Positions 40,201 through 54,075 of a stretch of 64,000 nucleotides of DNA are shown here, one piece after another. Each line of letters opens with the position of its first letter. The stretch's first letter is position 1. This DNA comes from Mustelus asterias. Taxonomy: Eukaryota. The notes beneath the pieces are model-generated. The model was not told the DNA's origin. It did no database searches and saw only the letters and a program-made list of their open reading frames with translations. The stretch lies in NCBI RefSeq assembly GCF_964213995.1, contig NW_027590217.1, forward strand, positions 496,001 through 560,000, written 5' to 3'. A program made the translations under genes and the position numbers.

Positions 40201-43200
40201 GACCCTAAACACACTGGGGGGACCCTAAACACACTGGGGGGCCCTAAACACACTGGGGTGACCCTAAACACACTGGGGGGACCCTAAACCTGCTGGGGGA
40301 CCCTAAACACACTGGGGGGGACCCTAAACACACTGGGGGGACCCTAAACACACTGGGGGGACCATAAACTCACTGGGGGGGTCCCTAAACACACTGGGAG
40401 GACCCTAAACCTGCTGGGGGACCCTAAACACACTGAGGGCGACCCTAAACACACTGAGGGACCCAAAACACACTGGGGGGACCCTAAACACGCTGGGGGG
40501 AACCTAAACACACTGCGGGGGACCCTAAACACACTTGGGGAACCTAAACACACTGGGGGGGACCCTAAACACACTGGGGGGACCCTAAACACACTGGGGG
40601 GGACCCTAAACACACTGGGGGACCCTAAACACACTGGGGGACCCTAAGCACACTGGGGGGACCCTAAACACACTGGGGGGACCCTAAACCTGCTGGGGGA
40701 CCCTAAACACACTGGGGGGGACCCTAAACACACTGGGGGGGACCCTAAACACACTGGGGAAACCCTAAACACACTGGGGGACCCTAAACACACTGGGGGG
40801 GACCCTAAACACACTGGGGAAACCCTAAACACACTGGGGGAGACCCTAAACACACTGGGGGGGACCCTAAACACACTGGGGGGGACCCTAAACACACTGG
40901 GGAAACCCTAAACACACTGGGGGAGACCCTAAACTCACTGGGGGGACCCTAAACACACTGGGGGGGTCCCTAAACACACTGGGGGGCCCTAAACCTGCTG
41001 GGGGACCCTAAACACACTGGGGGGGACCCTAAACACACTGGGGGACCCTAAACACACTGGGGGGACCCTAAACACACTGGGGGGACCCTAAACCTGCTGG
41101 GGGACCCTAAACACACTGGGGGAACCCTAAATACGCTGGGGGGACCCTAAACACACTGGGGGGCCCTAGACACACTGGGGGGACCTCAACACACTGGGGG
41201 GACCTCAACACACTGGGGGGACCCTAAACCTGCTGGGGGACCCTGAACACACTGGGGGGGACCCTAAACACACTGGGGGGGCCTAAACACACTGGGGAAA
41301 CCCTAAACACACTGGGGGACCCTAAACACACTGGGGGGGACCCTAAACACACTGGTGGGACCCTAAACACACTGGGGGGACCCTAAACACACTGGGGGGA
41401 CCCTAAACACACTGGGGGGGTCCCTAAACACACTGGGGGGACCCTAAACCTGCTGGGGGACCCTAAACACACTGGGGGGACCCTAAACACACTGGGGGGA
41501 CCGTAAGCACACTGGGGGGACCCTAAACACACTGAGGGGACCCTAAACACACTGGGTGGGTCCCTAAACACACTGGGGGGACCCTAAACCTGCTGGGGGA
41601 CCCTAAACACACTGGGAGGGACCCTAAACACACTGAGGGACCCTAAACACGCTGGGGGGACCCTAAACACGCTGTGGGGAACCTAAACACACTGCGGGGG
41701 ACCCTAAACACACTGGGGGGGACCCTAAACACACTGGGGGACCCTAAACACACTGGGGGACCCTAGGCACACTGGGGGGGACCCTAAACACACTGGGGGA
41801 CCCTAATCACACTGGGGGACCCTAAGCACATTGGGGGGACCCTAAACACACTGGGGGGACCCTAAACCTGCTGGGGGACCCTAAACACACTGGGGGGGAC
41901 CCTAAACACACTGGGGGACCCTAAACACACTGGGGGGGACCCTAAACACACTGGGGGGGGACCCTAAACACACTGGGGGGGACCCTAAACACACTGGGGA
42001 AACCCTAAACACACTGGGGGACCCTAAACACACTGGGGGGGACCCTAAACACACTGGGGGACCCTAAACACACTGGGGGACCCTAAGCACATTGGGGGGA
42101 CCCTAAACACACTGGGGGGACCCTAAACCTGCTGGGGGACCCTCAACACACTGGGGGACCCTAAGCACATTGGGGGGACCCTAAACACACTGGGGGGACC
42201 CTAAACACACTGCGGGGGACCCTAAACACACTGGCGGGACCCTAAACACACTGGGGGGACCCTAAACCTGCTGGGGGACCCTAAACACACTGGGCGTACC
42301 CTAAACACACTGGGGACCCTAAACACACTGGGGGGGCCTAAACACACTGGGGAAACCCTAAACACACTGGGGGACCCTAAACACACTGGGGGGGGGACCC
42401 TAAACACACTGGGGGGGACCCTAAACACACTGGGGGGCCCTAAACACACTGGGGGGACCCTAAACACACTGGGGGGGTCCCTAAACACACTGGGGGGACC
42501 CTAAACCTGCTGGGGGACCCTAAACACACTGGGGGGGGACCCTGAACACACTGGGGAGACCGTAAACACACTGGGGGGACCATAATCTCACTGGGGGGGT
42601 CCCTAAACACACTGGGGGGACCCTAAACCTGCTGGGGGACCCTAAACACACTGGGGGGGACCCTAAACACACTGAGGGACCCTAAACACACTGGGGGGAC
42701 CCTAAACACGCTGGGGGGAACCTAAACACACTGCGGGGGACCCTAAACACACTGGGGGGACCCTAAACACACTGGGGGGGACCCTAAACACACTGGGGGA
42801 CCCTAAGCACACTGGGGGGGACCCTAAACACACTGGGGGACCCTAAACACACTGGGGGGACCCTAAACCTGCTGGGGGACCCTAAACACACTGGGGGGGA
42901 CCCTAAACACACTGGGGGACCCTAAACACACTGGGGGGGACCCTAAACACACTGGGGGGGGACCCTAAACACACTGGGGGGGGACCCTAAACACACTGGG
43001 GAAACCCTAAACACACTGGGGGACCCTAAACACACTGGGGGGGACCCTAAACACACTGGGGGGACCCTAAACACACTGGGGGGACCATAAGCACACTGGG
43101 GGGGTCCCTAAACACACTGGGGGGACCCTAAACACACTGGGGGGTCCCTAAACACACTGGGGGGACCCTAAACCTGCTGGGGGACCCTAACACACTGGGG

Positions 43201-46200
43201 GGGACCCTAAACACACTGGGGGACCCTAAACACACTGGGGGGACCCTAAACCTGCTGGGGGACCCTAAACACGCTGGGGGAACCCTAAATACGCTGGGGG
43301 GACCCTAAACACACTGGGGGGCCCTAGACACACTGGAGGGACCTCAACACACTGGGGGGACCTCAACACACTGGGGGGACCCTAAACCTCATGGCGGACC
43401 CTGAACACACTGGGGGGGACCCTAAACACACTGGGGGGGCCTAAACACACTGGGGAAACCCTAAACACACTGGGGGGACCCTAAGCACACTGGGGGGACC
43501 CTAAAAACGCTGGGGGGCCCTAAACACACTGGGGAGACCCTAAACACACTGGGGGACGCTAACTACACTGAGGGACCCTAAACACACTGGGGGGACCCTA
43601 AACACACTGGGGGAACCCTAAACACAGTGGGGGGACCCTAAACACACTGGGGGGACACTAAACACACTGGGGGGACCCTATACACACTGGGGGGACCCTA
43701 AACACACTGGGGGAACCCTAAACACACTGGGGGGACCCTAAAAACACGGGGGGAAGCCTAAACACACTGGGGAGACCCTAAACACACTGGGGGGACCCTA
43801 AACACACTGGGGGGACGCTAAACACACTGGGGGGACCCTAAACACACGGGGGGGACCCTAAACACACTGGGGGGGACCCTAAACACACTGGGGGGACCCT
43901 AAACACACTGGGGGGACCCTAAACACACTGGGGAGACCCTAAACACACTGCGGGGACCCTAAACACACTGGGGGGACCCTAAACACACTGGGGGGCCCTA
44001 AACACACTGGGGGGACCCTAAACACACTGGGGGGGTCCCTAAACACACTGGGGGGACCCTAAACACACTGGGGGACGCTAAACACACTGGGGGACCCTAA
44101 ACACACTGGGGGGACCCTAAACACACTGGGGGGCCCTAAACACACTGGGGGACCCTAAACACACTGGGGGACGCTAAACACAATGGGGGGTCCCTAAACA
44201 CACTGGGGGGGCCCTAAACACACTGGGGGACCCTAAACACACTGGGGGGGACCCTAAACACACTGGGGGAGACCCTAAACACACTGGGGGGACCCTAAAC
44301 ACACTGGGGCGACCCTAATCACACTGGGGGACCCTAAACACACTGGGGGACCCTAAACACACTGGGGGACCCTAAACACACTGGGGGACCCTAAACACAC
44401 TGGGGAACCCTAAACACACTGGGGGACCCTAAACACACTGGGGGACCCTAAACACACTGTGGGGACCCTAAACACACTGGGGGGACCCTAAACACACTGG
44501 GGGGACCCTAAACACACTGGGGGACCCTAAACACACTGGGGGACCCTAAACACACTGGGGGGACCCTAAACACACTGGGGGGGACCCTAAACACACTGGG
44601 GGGGACCCTAAACACACTGGGGGGACCCTAAACACACTTGGGGACCCTAAACACACTGTGGGGATCCTAAACACACTGGGGGGGAACCCTAAACACGCTG
44701 GGGGGAACCTAAACACACTGGGGGACCCTAAACACACTGCGGGACCCTAAACACACTGGGGGGGACCCTAAACACACTGGGGGACCCTAAACACCCTGGG
44801 GGACCCTAAACACGCTGGGGGGTACCGAAACACACTGCGGGTGACCCTAAACACACTGGGGCGACCCTAAACACACTGGGGGGGACCCTAAACACACTGG
44901 GGGGACCCTAAACCTGCTGGGGGACCCTAAACACACTGGGGGGTACCCTAAACACACTGGGGGGGACCCTAAACACACTGGGGGGCCTAAACACACTGTA
45001 AACACACTGGGGGACCCTAAACACACTGGGGGGCCCTAAACACACTGGGGTGCCCCTAAACACACTGGGGGGACCCTAAACCTGCTGGGGGACCCTAAAC
45101 ACACTGGGGGGGACCCTAAACACACTGGGGGGACCCTAAACACACTGGGGGGACCATAAACTCACTGGGGGGGTCCCTAAACACACTGGGAGGACCCTAA
45201 ACCTGCTGGGGGACCCTAAACACACTGAGGGCGACCCTAAACACACTGAGGGACCCAAAACACACTGGGGGGACCCTAAACACGCTGGGGGGAACCTAAA
45301 CACACTGCGGGGGACCCTAAACACACTTGGGGAACCTAAACACACTGGGGGGGACCCTAAACACACTGGGGGGACCCTAAACACACTGGGGGGGACCCTA
45401 AACACACTGGGGGACCCTAAACACACTGGGGGACCCTAAGCACACTGGGGGGACCCTAAACACACTGGGGGGACCCTAAACCTGCTGGGGGACCCTAAAC
45501 ACACTGGGGGGGACCCTAAACACACTGGGGGGGACCCTAAACACACTGGGGAAACCCTAAACACACTGGGGGACCCTAAACACACTGGGGGGTACCCTGA
45601 ACACACTGGGGGGGACCCTAAACACACTGGGGGGGCCTAAACACACTGTAAACACACTGGGGGACCCTAAACATACTGGGGGGACCCTAAACACACTGGG
45701 GGGACCCTAAACACACTGGGGGGCCCTAAACACACTGGGGTGACCCTAAACACACTGGGGGGACCCTAAACCTGCTGGGGGACCCTAAACACACTGGGGG
45801 GGACCCTAAACACACTGGGGGGACCCTAAACACACTGGGGGGACCATAAACTCACTGGGGGGGTCCCTAAACACACTGGGAGGACCCTAAACCTGCTGGG
45901 GGACCCTAAACACACTGAGGGCGACCCTAAACACACTGAGGGACCCAAAACACACTGGGGGGACCCTAAACACGCTGGGGGGAACCTAAACACACTGCGG
46001 GGGACCCTAAACACACTTGGGGAACCTAAACACACTGGGGGGGACCCTAAACACACTGGGGGGACCCTAAACACACTGGGGGGGACCCTAAACACACTGG
46101 GGGACCCTAAACACACTGGGGGACCCTAAGCACACTGGGGGGACCCTAAACACACTGGGGGGACCCTAAACCTGCTGGGGGACCCTAAACACACTGGGGG

Positions 46201-49200
46201 GGACCCTAAACACACTGGGGGGGACCCTAAACACACTGGGGAAACCCTAAACACACTGGGGGACCCTAAACACACTGGGGGGGACCCTAAACACACTGGG
46301 GAAACCCTAAACACACTGGGGGAGACCCTAAACACACTGGGGGGGACCCTAAACACACTGGGGGGGACCCTAAACACACTGGGGAAACCCTAAACACACT
46401 GGGGGAGACCCTAAACTCACTGGGGGGACCCTAAACACACTGGGGGGGTCCCTAAACACACTGGGGGGCCCTAAACCTGCTGGGGGACCCTAAACACACT
46501 GGGGGGGACCCTAAACACACTGGGGGACCCTAAACACACTGGGGGGACCCTAAACACACTGGGGGGACCCTAAACCTGCTGGGGGACCCTAAACACACTG
46601 GGGGAACCCTAAATACGCTGGGGGGACCCTAAACACACTGGGGGGCCCTAGACACACTGGGGGGACCTCAACACACTGGGGGGACCTCAACACACTGGGG
46701 GGACCCTAAACCTGCTGGGGGACCCTGAACACACTGGGGGGGACCCTAAACACACTGGGGGGGCCTAAACACACTGGGGAAACCCTAAACACACTGGGGG
46801 ACCCTAAACACACTGGGGGGGACCCTAAACACACTGGTGGGACCCTAAACACACTGGGGGGACCCTAAACACACTGGGGGGACCCTAAACACACTGGGGG
46901 GGTCCCTAAACACACTGGGGGGACCCTAAACCTGCTGGGGGACCCTAAACACACTGGGGGGACCCTAAACACACTGGGGGGACCGTAAGCACACTGGGGG
47001 GACCCTAAACACACTGAGGGGACCCTAAACACACTGGGTGGGTCCCTAAACACACTGGGGGGACCCTAAACCTGCTGGGGGACCCTAAACACACTGGGAG
47101 GGACCCTAAACACACTGAGGGACCCTAAACACGCTGGGGGGACCCTAAACACGCTGTGGGGAACCTAAACACACTGCGGGGGACCCTAAACACACTGGGG
47201 GGGACCCTAAACACACTGGGGGACCCTAAACACACTGGGGGACCCTAGGCACACTGGGGGGGACCCTAAACACACTGGGGGACCCTAATCACACTGGGGG
47301 ACCCTAAGCACATTGGGGGGACCCTAAACACACTGGGGGGACCCTAAACCTGCTGGGGGACCCTAAACACACTGGGGGGGACCCTAAACACACTGGGGGA
47401 CCCTAAACACACTGGGGGGGACCCTAAACACACTGGGGGGGGACCCTAAACACACTGGGGGGGACCCTAAACACACTGGGGAAACCCTAAACACACTGGG
47501 GGACCCTAAACACACTGGGGGGGACCCTAAACACACTGGGGGACCCTAAACACACTGGGGGACCCTAAGCACATTGGGGGGACCCTAAACACACTGGGGG
47601 GACCCTAAACCTGCTGGGGGACCCTCAACACACTGGGGGACCCTAAGCACATTGGGGGGACCCTAAACACACTGGGGGGGACCCTAAACACACTGGGGGG
47701 ACCCTAAACACACTGGGGAAACCCTAAACACACTGGGGGACCCTAAACACACTGGGGGGGTCCCTAAACACACTGGGGGGACCCTAAACACACTGGGGGG
47801 ACCCTAAGCACACTGGGGGGGTCCCTAAACACACTGGGGGGACCCTAAATACGCTGGGGGGACCCTAAACACACTGGGGGGCCCTAGACACACTGGGGGG
47901 ACCTCAACACACTGGGGGGACCTCAACACACTGGGGGGACCCTAAACCTGCTGGGGGACCCTGAACACACTGGGGGGGACCCTAAACACACTGGGGGGGC
48001 CTAATCACACTGGGGAAACCCTAAACACACTGGGGGACCCTAAACACACTGAGGGGGGACCCTAAACACACTGGTGGGACCCTAAACACACTGGGGGGAC
48101 CCTAAACCTGCTGGGGGACCCTACACACACTGGGGGGGACCCTAAACACACTGGGGGGACCGTAAACACACTGGGGGGACCCTAAACACACTGGGGGGAC
48201 CCTAAACACACTGGGGGGGTCCCTAAACACACTGGGGGGACCCTAAACCTGCTGGGGGACCCTAAACACACTGGGGGGGACCCTAAACACACTGAGGGAC
48301 CCTAAACACGCTGGGGGGACCCTAAACACGCTGGGGGGAACCTAAACACACTGCGGGGGACCCTAAACACACTGGGGGGACCCTAAACACACTGGGGGGG
48401 ACCCTAAACACATTGGGGGACCCTCAACACACTGGGGGACCCTAAGCACATTGGGGGGACCCTAAACACACTGGGGGGACCCTAAACCTGCTGGGGGACC
48501 CTAAACACACTGGGGGGGACCCTAAACACACTGGGGGACCCTAAACACACTGGGGAGGACCCTAAACACACTGGGGGGGACCCTAAACACACTGGGGGGG
48601 GGACCCTAAACACACTGGGGAAACCCTAAACACACTGGGGACCCTAAACACACTGGGGGGGTCCCTAAACACACTGGGGGACCCTAAACACACTGGGGGG
48701 ACCCTAAGCACACTGGGGGGACCCTAAGCACACTGGGGGCGTCCCTAAACACACTGGGGGGACCTTAAACACACTGGGGGGGTCCCTAAACACACTGGGG
48801 GGACCCTAAACCTGCTGGGGGACCCTATACACACTGTTGGGGACCCTAAACACACTGGGGGACCCTATACACACTGGGGGGACCCTAAACACACTGGGGG
48901 GACCCTAAACCTGCTGGGGGACCCTAAACACACTGGGGGAACCCTAAATACGATGGGGGGACCCTAAACACACTGGGGGCCCTAAACACACTGGGGGGAC
49001 CCTAAACCTGCTGGGGGACCCTAAACACACTGGGGGGACCCTAAACCTGCTGGGGGACCCTAAACACACTGGGGGGGCCCGAAACACACTGGGGGGACCC
49101 TAAACACACTGGGGGGACCCTAATTACGGTGGGGGGACCCTACATACACTGGGTGGACCCTAAACACACTGGGGGGACCCTAAACACACTGTGGGGAACG

Positions 49201-49500
49201 AAAAAACGCACTGGGGAATTCTAAACAAACTGGGGGGACCCTAAACACACTGGGGGGACCGTCAACACACTGGGGGGACCCTAAACACGCTGGGGGAACC
49301 CTAAACACACTGGGGGACGCCTAAACACACTGGGGTGGCCCTAAACACACTGGGGGACGCTAAACACACTGGGGGACGCTAAACACACTGGGGGACCCTA
49401 ATCATGCTGGGGGACCTTTAGCACACTGGGGGCCCCTAAACACACCGGGAGATCTTTAACATGCCGGGGGACCCTAAACGCGCTGGGGGACCCTAAACGG
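34205..49500 (+). repeat. ~15.3 kb satellite, ~20-21 bp unit GACCCTAAACACACT(G)n
   Basis: Directly visible tandem array with variable G-run length and recurring variants (aaacctgctgg, aagcacact, cacgctgg); degenerates at the right edge. Confidence 0.99.
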
Positions 49501-50083
49501 ACTGATGGGCCCAGCTACAAAGCACTCAGGCACCAATTTGGAAGAGTGCCCCGATCTCACAGCGCACTGGGAGCCACACCCCTCCCTGCCCACGGACATC
49601 TCCCCCCCCACCCTCCCTCCCGCCATAGTCATCGACCTCCCTCCAATTGACGGCATGTTTCCCCCTTCCCGACATGAATCGATGGCATCGGGACCCTCCC
49701 CCATCATAACCCCCGGCATTCCCCCCCCCCCCCCCCCCATTCATGAGCTCTGACACGCGTCTCTTTGTGCTCCACTCTGCATGACCACTCCCTGCGGATC
49801 TCCCCCTGCATGAACCCCCCTGCAGAGCTCCCCCCCCCCATCAGAGCCCCCACTCAGGGCCCAGCTCCATGGCACTATCATTGGTGCACTAGCAGTTCCC
49901 ACCTGGCACTGCCAGGGTGCCAGGTGGGCACTGCCATGGAGCTTGATGGGCACTGCCATGGAGCCCAGTGTTCATTGCCAGTGTGCCATGTGGGCACTGC
50001 TCAGTGGGCACTACCTCGCCCTGTCCCTGACCAGCTGGAGGCTTCAGTGGCCTCCGAGCTCCCCTGGCATGGACATCACGCGA

Positions 50084-50824
50084 GGGGTGCGATTTTCCCA
50101 AACTAAGTGCCCAACAGTATACTGGGAGATCGGTCGATAAGCTCCTCCCCCCCAGCCCCCGACATCGCTGGTGAGACGCCCCAGCCCCCTCCCGAGTGCC
50201 AGCCCCGACTGCCCCCCACCTGCAACATCACCTGCCCAGAGGTTCTCCCCGATCCCCAACCCTCCCAATGGCCAGCCTCCGATCCCCGACCCCACCACCA
50301 GGCCCCACGCCCCATGCAGAGTTCCCCCCACAATTCCCTCCCCTCCTACCCCCCCTCCACCCCGCCCCCATTCTGGCTCTTCCCTCCCTCAGGCCCCACC
50401 CCGTTAACACTGCAGAGTGCGCGGTGGGCACTGCCAAGTGTGCCAGGCTGGCACTGCCCAAGGGACACCCTTGCCCCCATCCCCGACCTCCTGGGAGACC
50501 TCAATGGCCTGTGGTCCCACCAGCGAGGCCCATTGCTGGGGACCATATGTGATGCCCGCTGGTGTGGGCCTCCAGCGACGGGGTCAGAAATATTAGCGAG
50601 TCCGGACAATTGCGTCCCGGACTCGCGAAATAGATGGAAATGCTCATTTCCATATTGTAAGCAGCCTCGCGTTCTTCCCCGGGGTGGGGAGGGGGGCACG
50701 GCTGATTACGTCCAAAATAATGGAACAGCCGGTCGCCATTCCTGTTTTTTTCCCCATCCCGCTGACATTTCTCGGCTCACTGTGCCACTCGAACAGCGCA
50801 GTGGGCCGTGGAAAATCGCACCTC
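50084..50824. mobile_element. GC-rich non-autonomous DNA transposon (MITE-like) with terminal inverted repeats
   Basis: Perfect 13-bp inverted repeat ggtgcgattttcc (50086-50098) / ggaaaatcgcacc (50810-50822). Confidence 0.6.
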
Positions 50825-50843
50825 TGGTCTCCGCTAGTGGACA

Positions 50844-51020
50844 TGATGTGGAGATGCCGTGTGTGACGGCAAAGTCTCTCAGCGTAGTCTGTGTTATAGG
50901 TTGACCTGAGTGGGTTCGTGATCCGTAGTCCTTTCGGTATCTTGTCTGCTTTCTTGCATGTTTGCAGAAACTTGATGTCTGTGTCGATATGCGCGATCTT
51001 CTTGGAGATCCTCTCCACGC
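50844..51020 (-). mobile_element. Penelope-like element N-terminal fragment
   Basis: HIDTDIKFLQTCKKADKIPKGL matches the FL..C.....IPKGL N-terminal motif of Penelope ORFs; joined to the ggcatctccacatc terminus shared with the other Penelope copies. Confidence 0.7.
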
Positions 51021-51104
51021 TAGTGGAGACAGGTAGTGATTCTCACCTGTCCTGCGCCACACCCGAAGGTCACGGGAGCTGGGAGAATCCAGCGTTGAAC
51101 AGGC

Positions 51105-51650
51105 TATGCAGATTTCCCTATTTTTATTTTCTACTCCTTTAGCAATAAATGCCAACATGCCATTTGCCCTCCTTATGACCTCCTGCACCTACATACTAGT
51201 TTCCTGTGATTCATGTACAAAGACACCCAGATCCCTCTGCACCGAAACGCTCTGAAGTTTCTCTCCATTTGGATAATTCGTTGCCTTTCTAATATTCCAA
51301 CCAAAATGGATAACCTCACACCGATCATAACCGACACATGCACATAACCTACACATGCACATAACCTATCCACGTTAAACTCCATCTGCCAGATTTTGGC
51401 CCATTGACCTCACCCATCCATATCCATTTGTAAATTCCTTACTTCCTCATTGCAACTAATTATCCCACCTATTTTAGTGTCATCCATAAATGTGCCTACA
51501 GTAGCTTCTATCCCTGCGTCCAAGTCATTCATATAGAATGTGAATAGTTGGTGCCCGAGGACCGAACCTTGTGGCACCCTACCAGTTACATCTTGCCAAC
51601 TAGAGAAAGAGCCATCTATCCCCACTCTGCTTTCTGTTGGTTAGTTGCTT
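51105..51650 (-). mobile_element. Old CR1 RT fragment
   Basis: VPQGSVLGHQLFTFYMNDLDAG...FMDDTKIGG. Confidence 0.8.
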
Positions 51651-51896
51651 TGTAACATTCTTGTGGGTTATGAAGCTGTGACATTCCCACAACTTTTGTG
51701 GCTCAGATTCTCTCTCAATCTCTTGTCCTTGGTGTATTTTCCTTCTGACTCGACTTGGGGGTAAACCTTGTGCTTCAGGAGATTCATTGATACTGTGCAT
51801 GGGGCTGGGAATTTCCTCAATGTCTGCTCCATGGGTAGATTCATCCAATAACTACACTCAGTCTTTCTCAGTTCCATCCATCGCTTCACATCACCA

Positions 51897-51919
51897 TTTA
51901 TTTCATTTGTTTTTTTATT
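51897..51919 (-). terminator. Two poly(A) signals of the probable membrane-form Ig transcript
   Basis: AATAAA on the minus strand at 51914-51919 and 51897-51902, downstream of the VQQ* exon. Confidence 0.6.
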
Positions 51920-52323
51920 GATTTAGCTTCAAACCAAAACTTTTACATCAGTGCAAACACATTTTAAAAAGCTGCAGGCAATAATCTGAACAACATTGGT
52001 TTTTACAATATTTTCTACAAGACACAGAGAACCAACCCTTCCCTCCTATCCCATACTCACTCCCTCCCGCCTCCCCCTTCCCCACTCCCTCTCCCCCCTC
52101 CCCTTCTCTCCTTCCCAACTCTTTCCCCCTCCCACCCCAATCCCCCTTCCCAATCGTTCCCCAGTCCGTTTGAAGTTTTATCTCCCGGAATGAGCTGTGG
52201 CAGTGCAGTAGCTGAGTATTTTCCAGTGGACAATGGAAAGTTCCGTTCCCAAACATCACAGGGACATTTCTGAGCAATTCACATCTTGGATGAGTCTGAA
52301 TGTGAGCTGCGAGTATCTGCTGG

Positions 52324-52335
52324 TCACTGCTGAAC
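52324..52335 (-). CDS. Probable TM2 (cytoplasmic tail) exon coding part, VQQ*
   Basis: Acceptor tactctgctgtctgtattgcag|GTT CAG CAG TGA, phase 0 matching TM1. Gives tail KVQQ, analogous to KVK. Lies in unique sequence followed by a ~400 nt UTR and two AATAAA. Confidence 0.7.
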   Translation of the reverse strand, partial: VQQ

Positions 52336-52597
52336 CTGCAATACAGACAGCAGAGTAAGAACCTTGGATGTGCCGTACAGACAGTGTACCCAAAAAGACA
52401 GCGAGACTGTCTGTCCATCGGGAAGTGAACGGTAAAGGATTGTGGGGGTCTGTCCTTATTCTGGGAGATGGACCCTAAGGGATAGGTGGGGGTTCCTTAT
52501 TCTGAGAGATGGGCACAAAAGGACAAAGGGTCTATCCTTATCCTGGGACATGGACACAAAAGGACAAGGGGGTCTGTCCTTATTCTGAGAGATGGAT

Positions 52598-52910
52598 CCA
52601 AAAGAACAAAGAACAGTACAACACAGGAACAGGCCTTTCGGCCCACCAAACCTGCGCCGACACACGACACCTTTCTCAACTAAACACCTTTTGCCTCCAC
52701 ACGGTCCGTATCCCTCTATTCCCTGCCTATTCATGTATCTGTCAATCTGCCTCTTAAACATTGCTATTGTATCTGCTTCTACCGCCTCCTCTGGCAGCGC
52801 ATTCCAGGCACTTACCACCCTCTGTGTACAAAACGTACCTCTCACATCTCCTTTAAACTTTGCCCCTTTTACTTTAAACCTATGTCCTCTCGTAATTGAC
52901 ATTTCTACCC
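52598..52910 (-). mobile_element. CR1 3' end fragment within the TM intron minisatellite
   Basis: TRGHRFKVKGAKFKGDVRG..TQRVVSAWNALP; (aaagaac) tail. Confidence 0.85.
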
Positions 52911-53409
52911 AGGGGGTCTGTCCTTATTCTGGGAGATGGACCGTAAAGGACAGGGGGATCAGTCCTTATTCTGGGAGATGGGTCCTAAAGGACAGGGGGA
53001 TCAGTCCTTATTCTGGGAGATGGACCGTAAAGGACAGGGGGTCTGTCCTTATTCTGGGAGATGGACACTGAAGGACAAGGGGGTCTGTCCTTATTCTGGG
53101 AGATGGACACTGAAGGACAGAGGGTCTGTCCTTATTCTGGGAGATGGACACTGAAGGACAGAGGGGTCTGTCCTTATTCTGGGAGATGGACACTGAAGGA
53201 CAAGGGGGTCTGTCCTTATTCTAGGAGATGAAACCTGCAGAATAGGTTTATGGTTGTGCTCAGAATGAGTGTGGATAATTCTATTCTTCTGGTTCAGAGC
53301 TGTTGTCTTGTGTTTATCAAGATTACACACAACCAACAGATCAGATAAGCTGTCCTGTTCCTCACAGACGGGGACATAAAGGACAGGGAATCTGCCCTTC
53401 ACTTTTTCT

Positions 53410-54075
53410 CTTCATTTACAGGATATGGGTGTTACTGGCTGGGACATCCCTAGCTGCCCTTGAGAAGGTGGTGGTGAGCTGCCTTCTTGAATCCGCTGCA
53501 ATCCCTGAGGTGTAGGTACATCCATTGTGCTGTTAGGGAGGAACTGCCAAGATTTGGACCCAGCGACAGTGAAGGAATGGCCGATATGCTTCCAAGTCAG
53601 GATGGTGAGTGACTTAGAGGGGAACTTGCATGTGGTGGTGTTCCCACGTATCTGCTGCCCTTGTCCTTCTAGATGGTAGGAGTCAGAGGTTTGGAAGGTG
53701 CTGCCTAAGGAGCCTTTGTGAATGTCCGCAGTGCATCTTGTAGATGGTACACACGGCTGCCACTGTGCGTTGGTGATGGTGGAGTGAATGTTGGTGGATT
53801 CAAATGGGCTGCTTTGTCGTGGATGGTGTCGAGCTTCTTGAGTGTTGTTGGAGCTGCACTCATCCAGACATGTGGAGAGTATACCACCATCACCCTTCTG
53901 ACTTGTGTCTTGTAGATGGTGGACACACTTTGTGGGGGTCAGGAGGTGAGTTACTCTCTGCAGGATTCCTAGTGTTTGATCTGCTCTTGTAGCTACAGTA
54001 TTTATATGGCTGCGTCCAGTTCACCTTCTGGTCAATGATAACCCCCCAGGATGTTAATAGTGGGGGATTCAGCGA
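53410..54075 (-). mobile_element. Second non-LTR family fragment in the TM intron
   Basis: IYKTQVRRVMVVYSPHVWMSAAPTTLKKLDTIHDKAA. Confidence 0.8.

Noticed and set aside
36738-47053. ORFs such as MCLGSPPVCLGSP...
   Set aside because: Translations of the satellite with non-ATG starts; no coding signature.
34205-49500. CRISPR-like array, telomere, or Ig class-switch region
   Set aside because: No unique spacers and a vertebrate context; CCCTAA units are not contiguous as in telomeres; AGCT/WGCW hotspots are essentially absent and the array is 3' of the gene.
34205-49500. Array of recombination signal sequences (CACACTG resembles heptamer CACAGTG)
   Set aside because: No credible ACAAAAACC nonamer; at 12-bp spacing only about 4/9 bases match.
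50107-50904. 265-aa proline-rich ORF
   Set aside because: Lies within a GC-rich TIR element; low complexity and no recognisable domain.
53091-53240. Alternative TM2 acceptor (ttctgcag|GTT TCA...)
   Set aside because: Reads straight into the 40-bp minisatellite; the VQQ* exon has a better acceptor, unique UTR and poly(A) signals.
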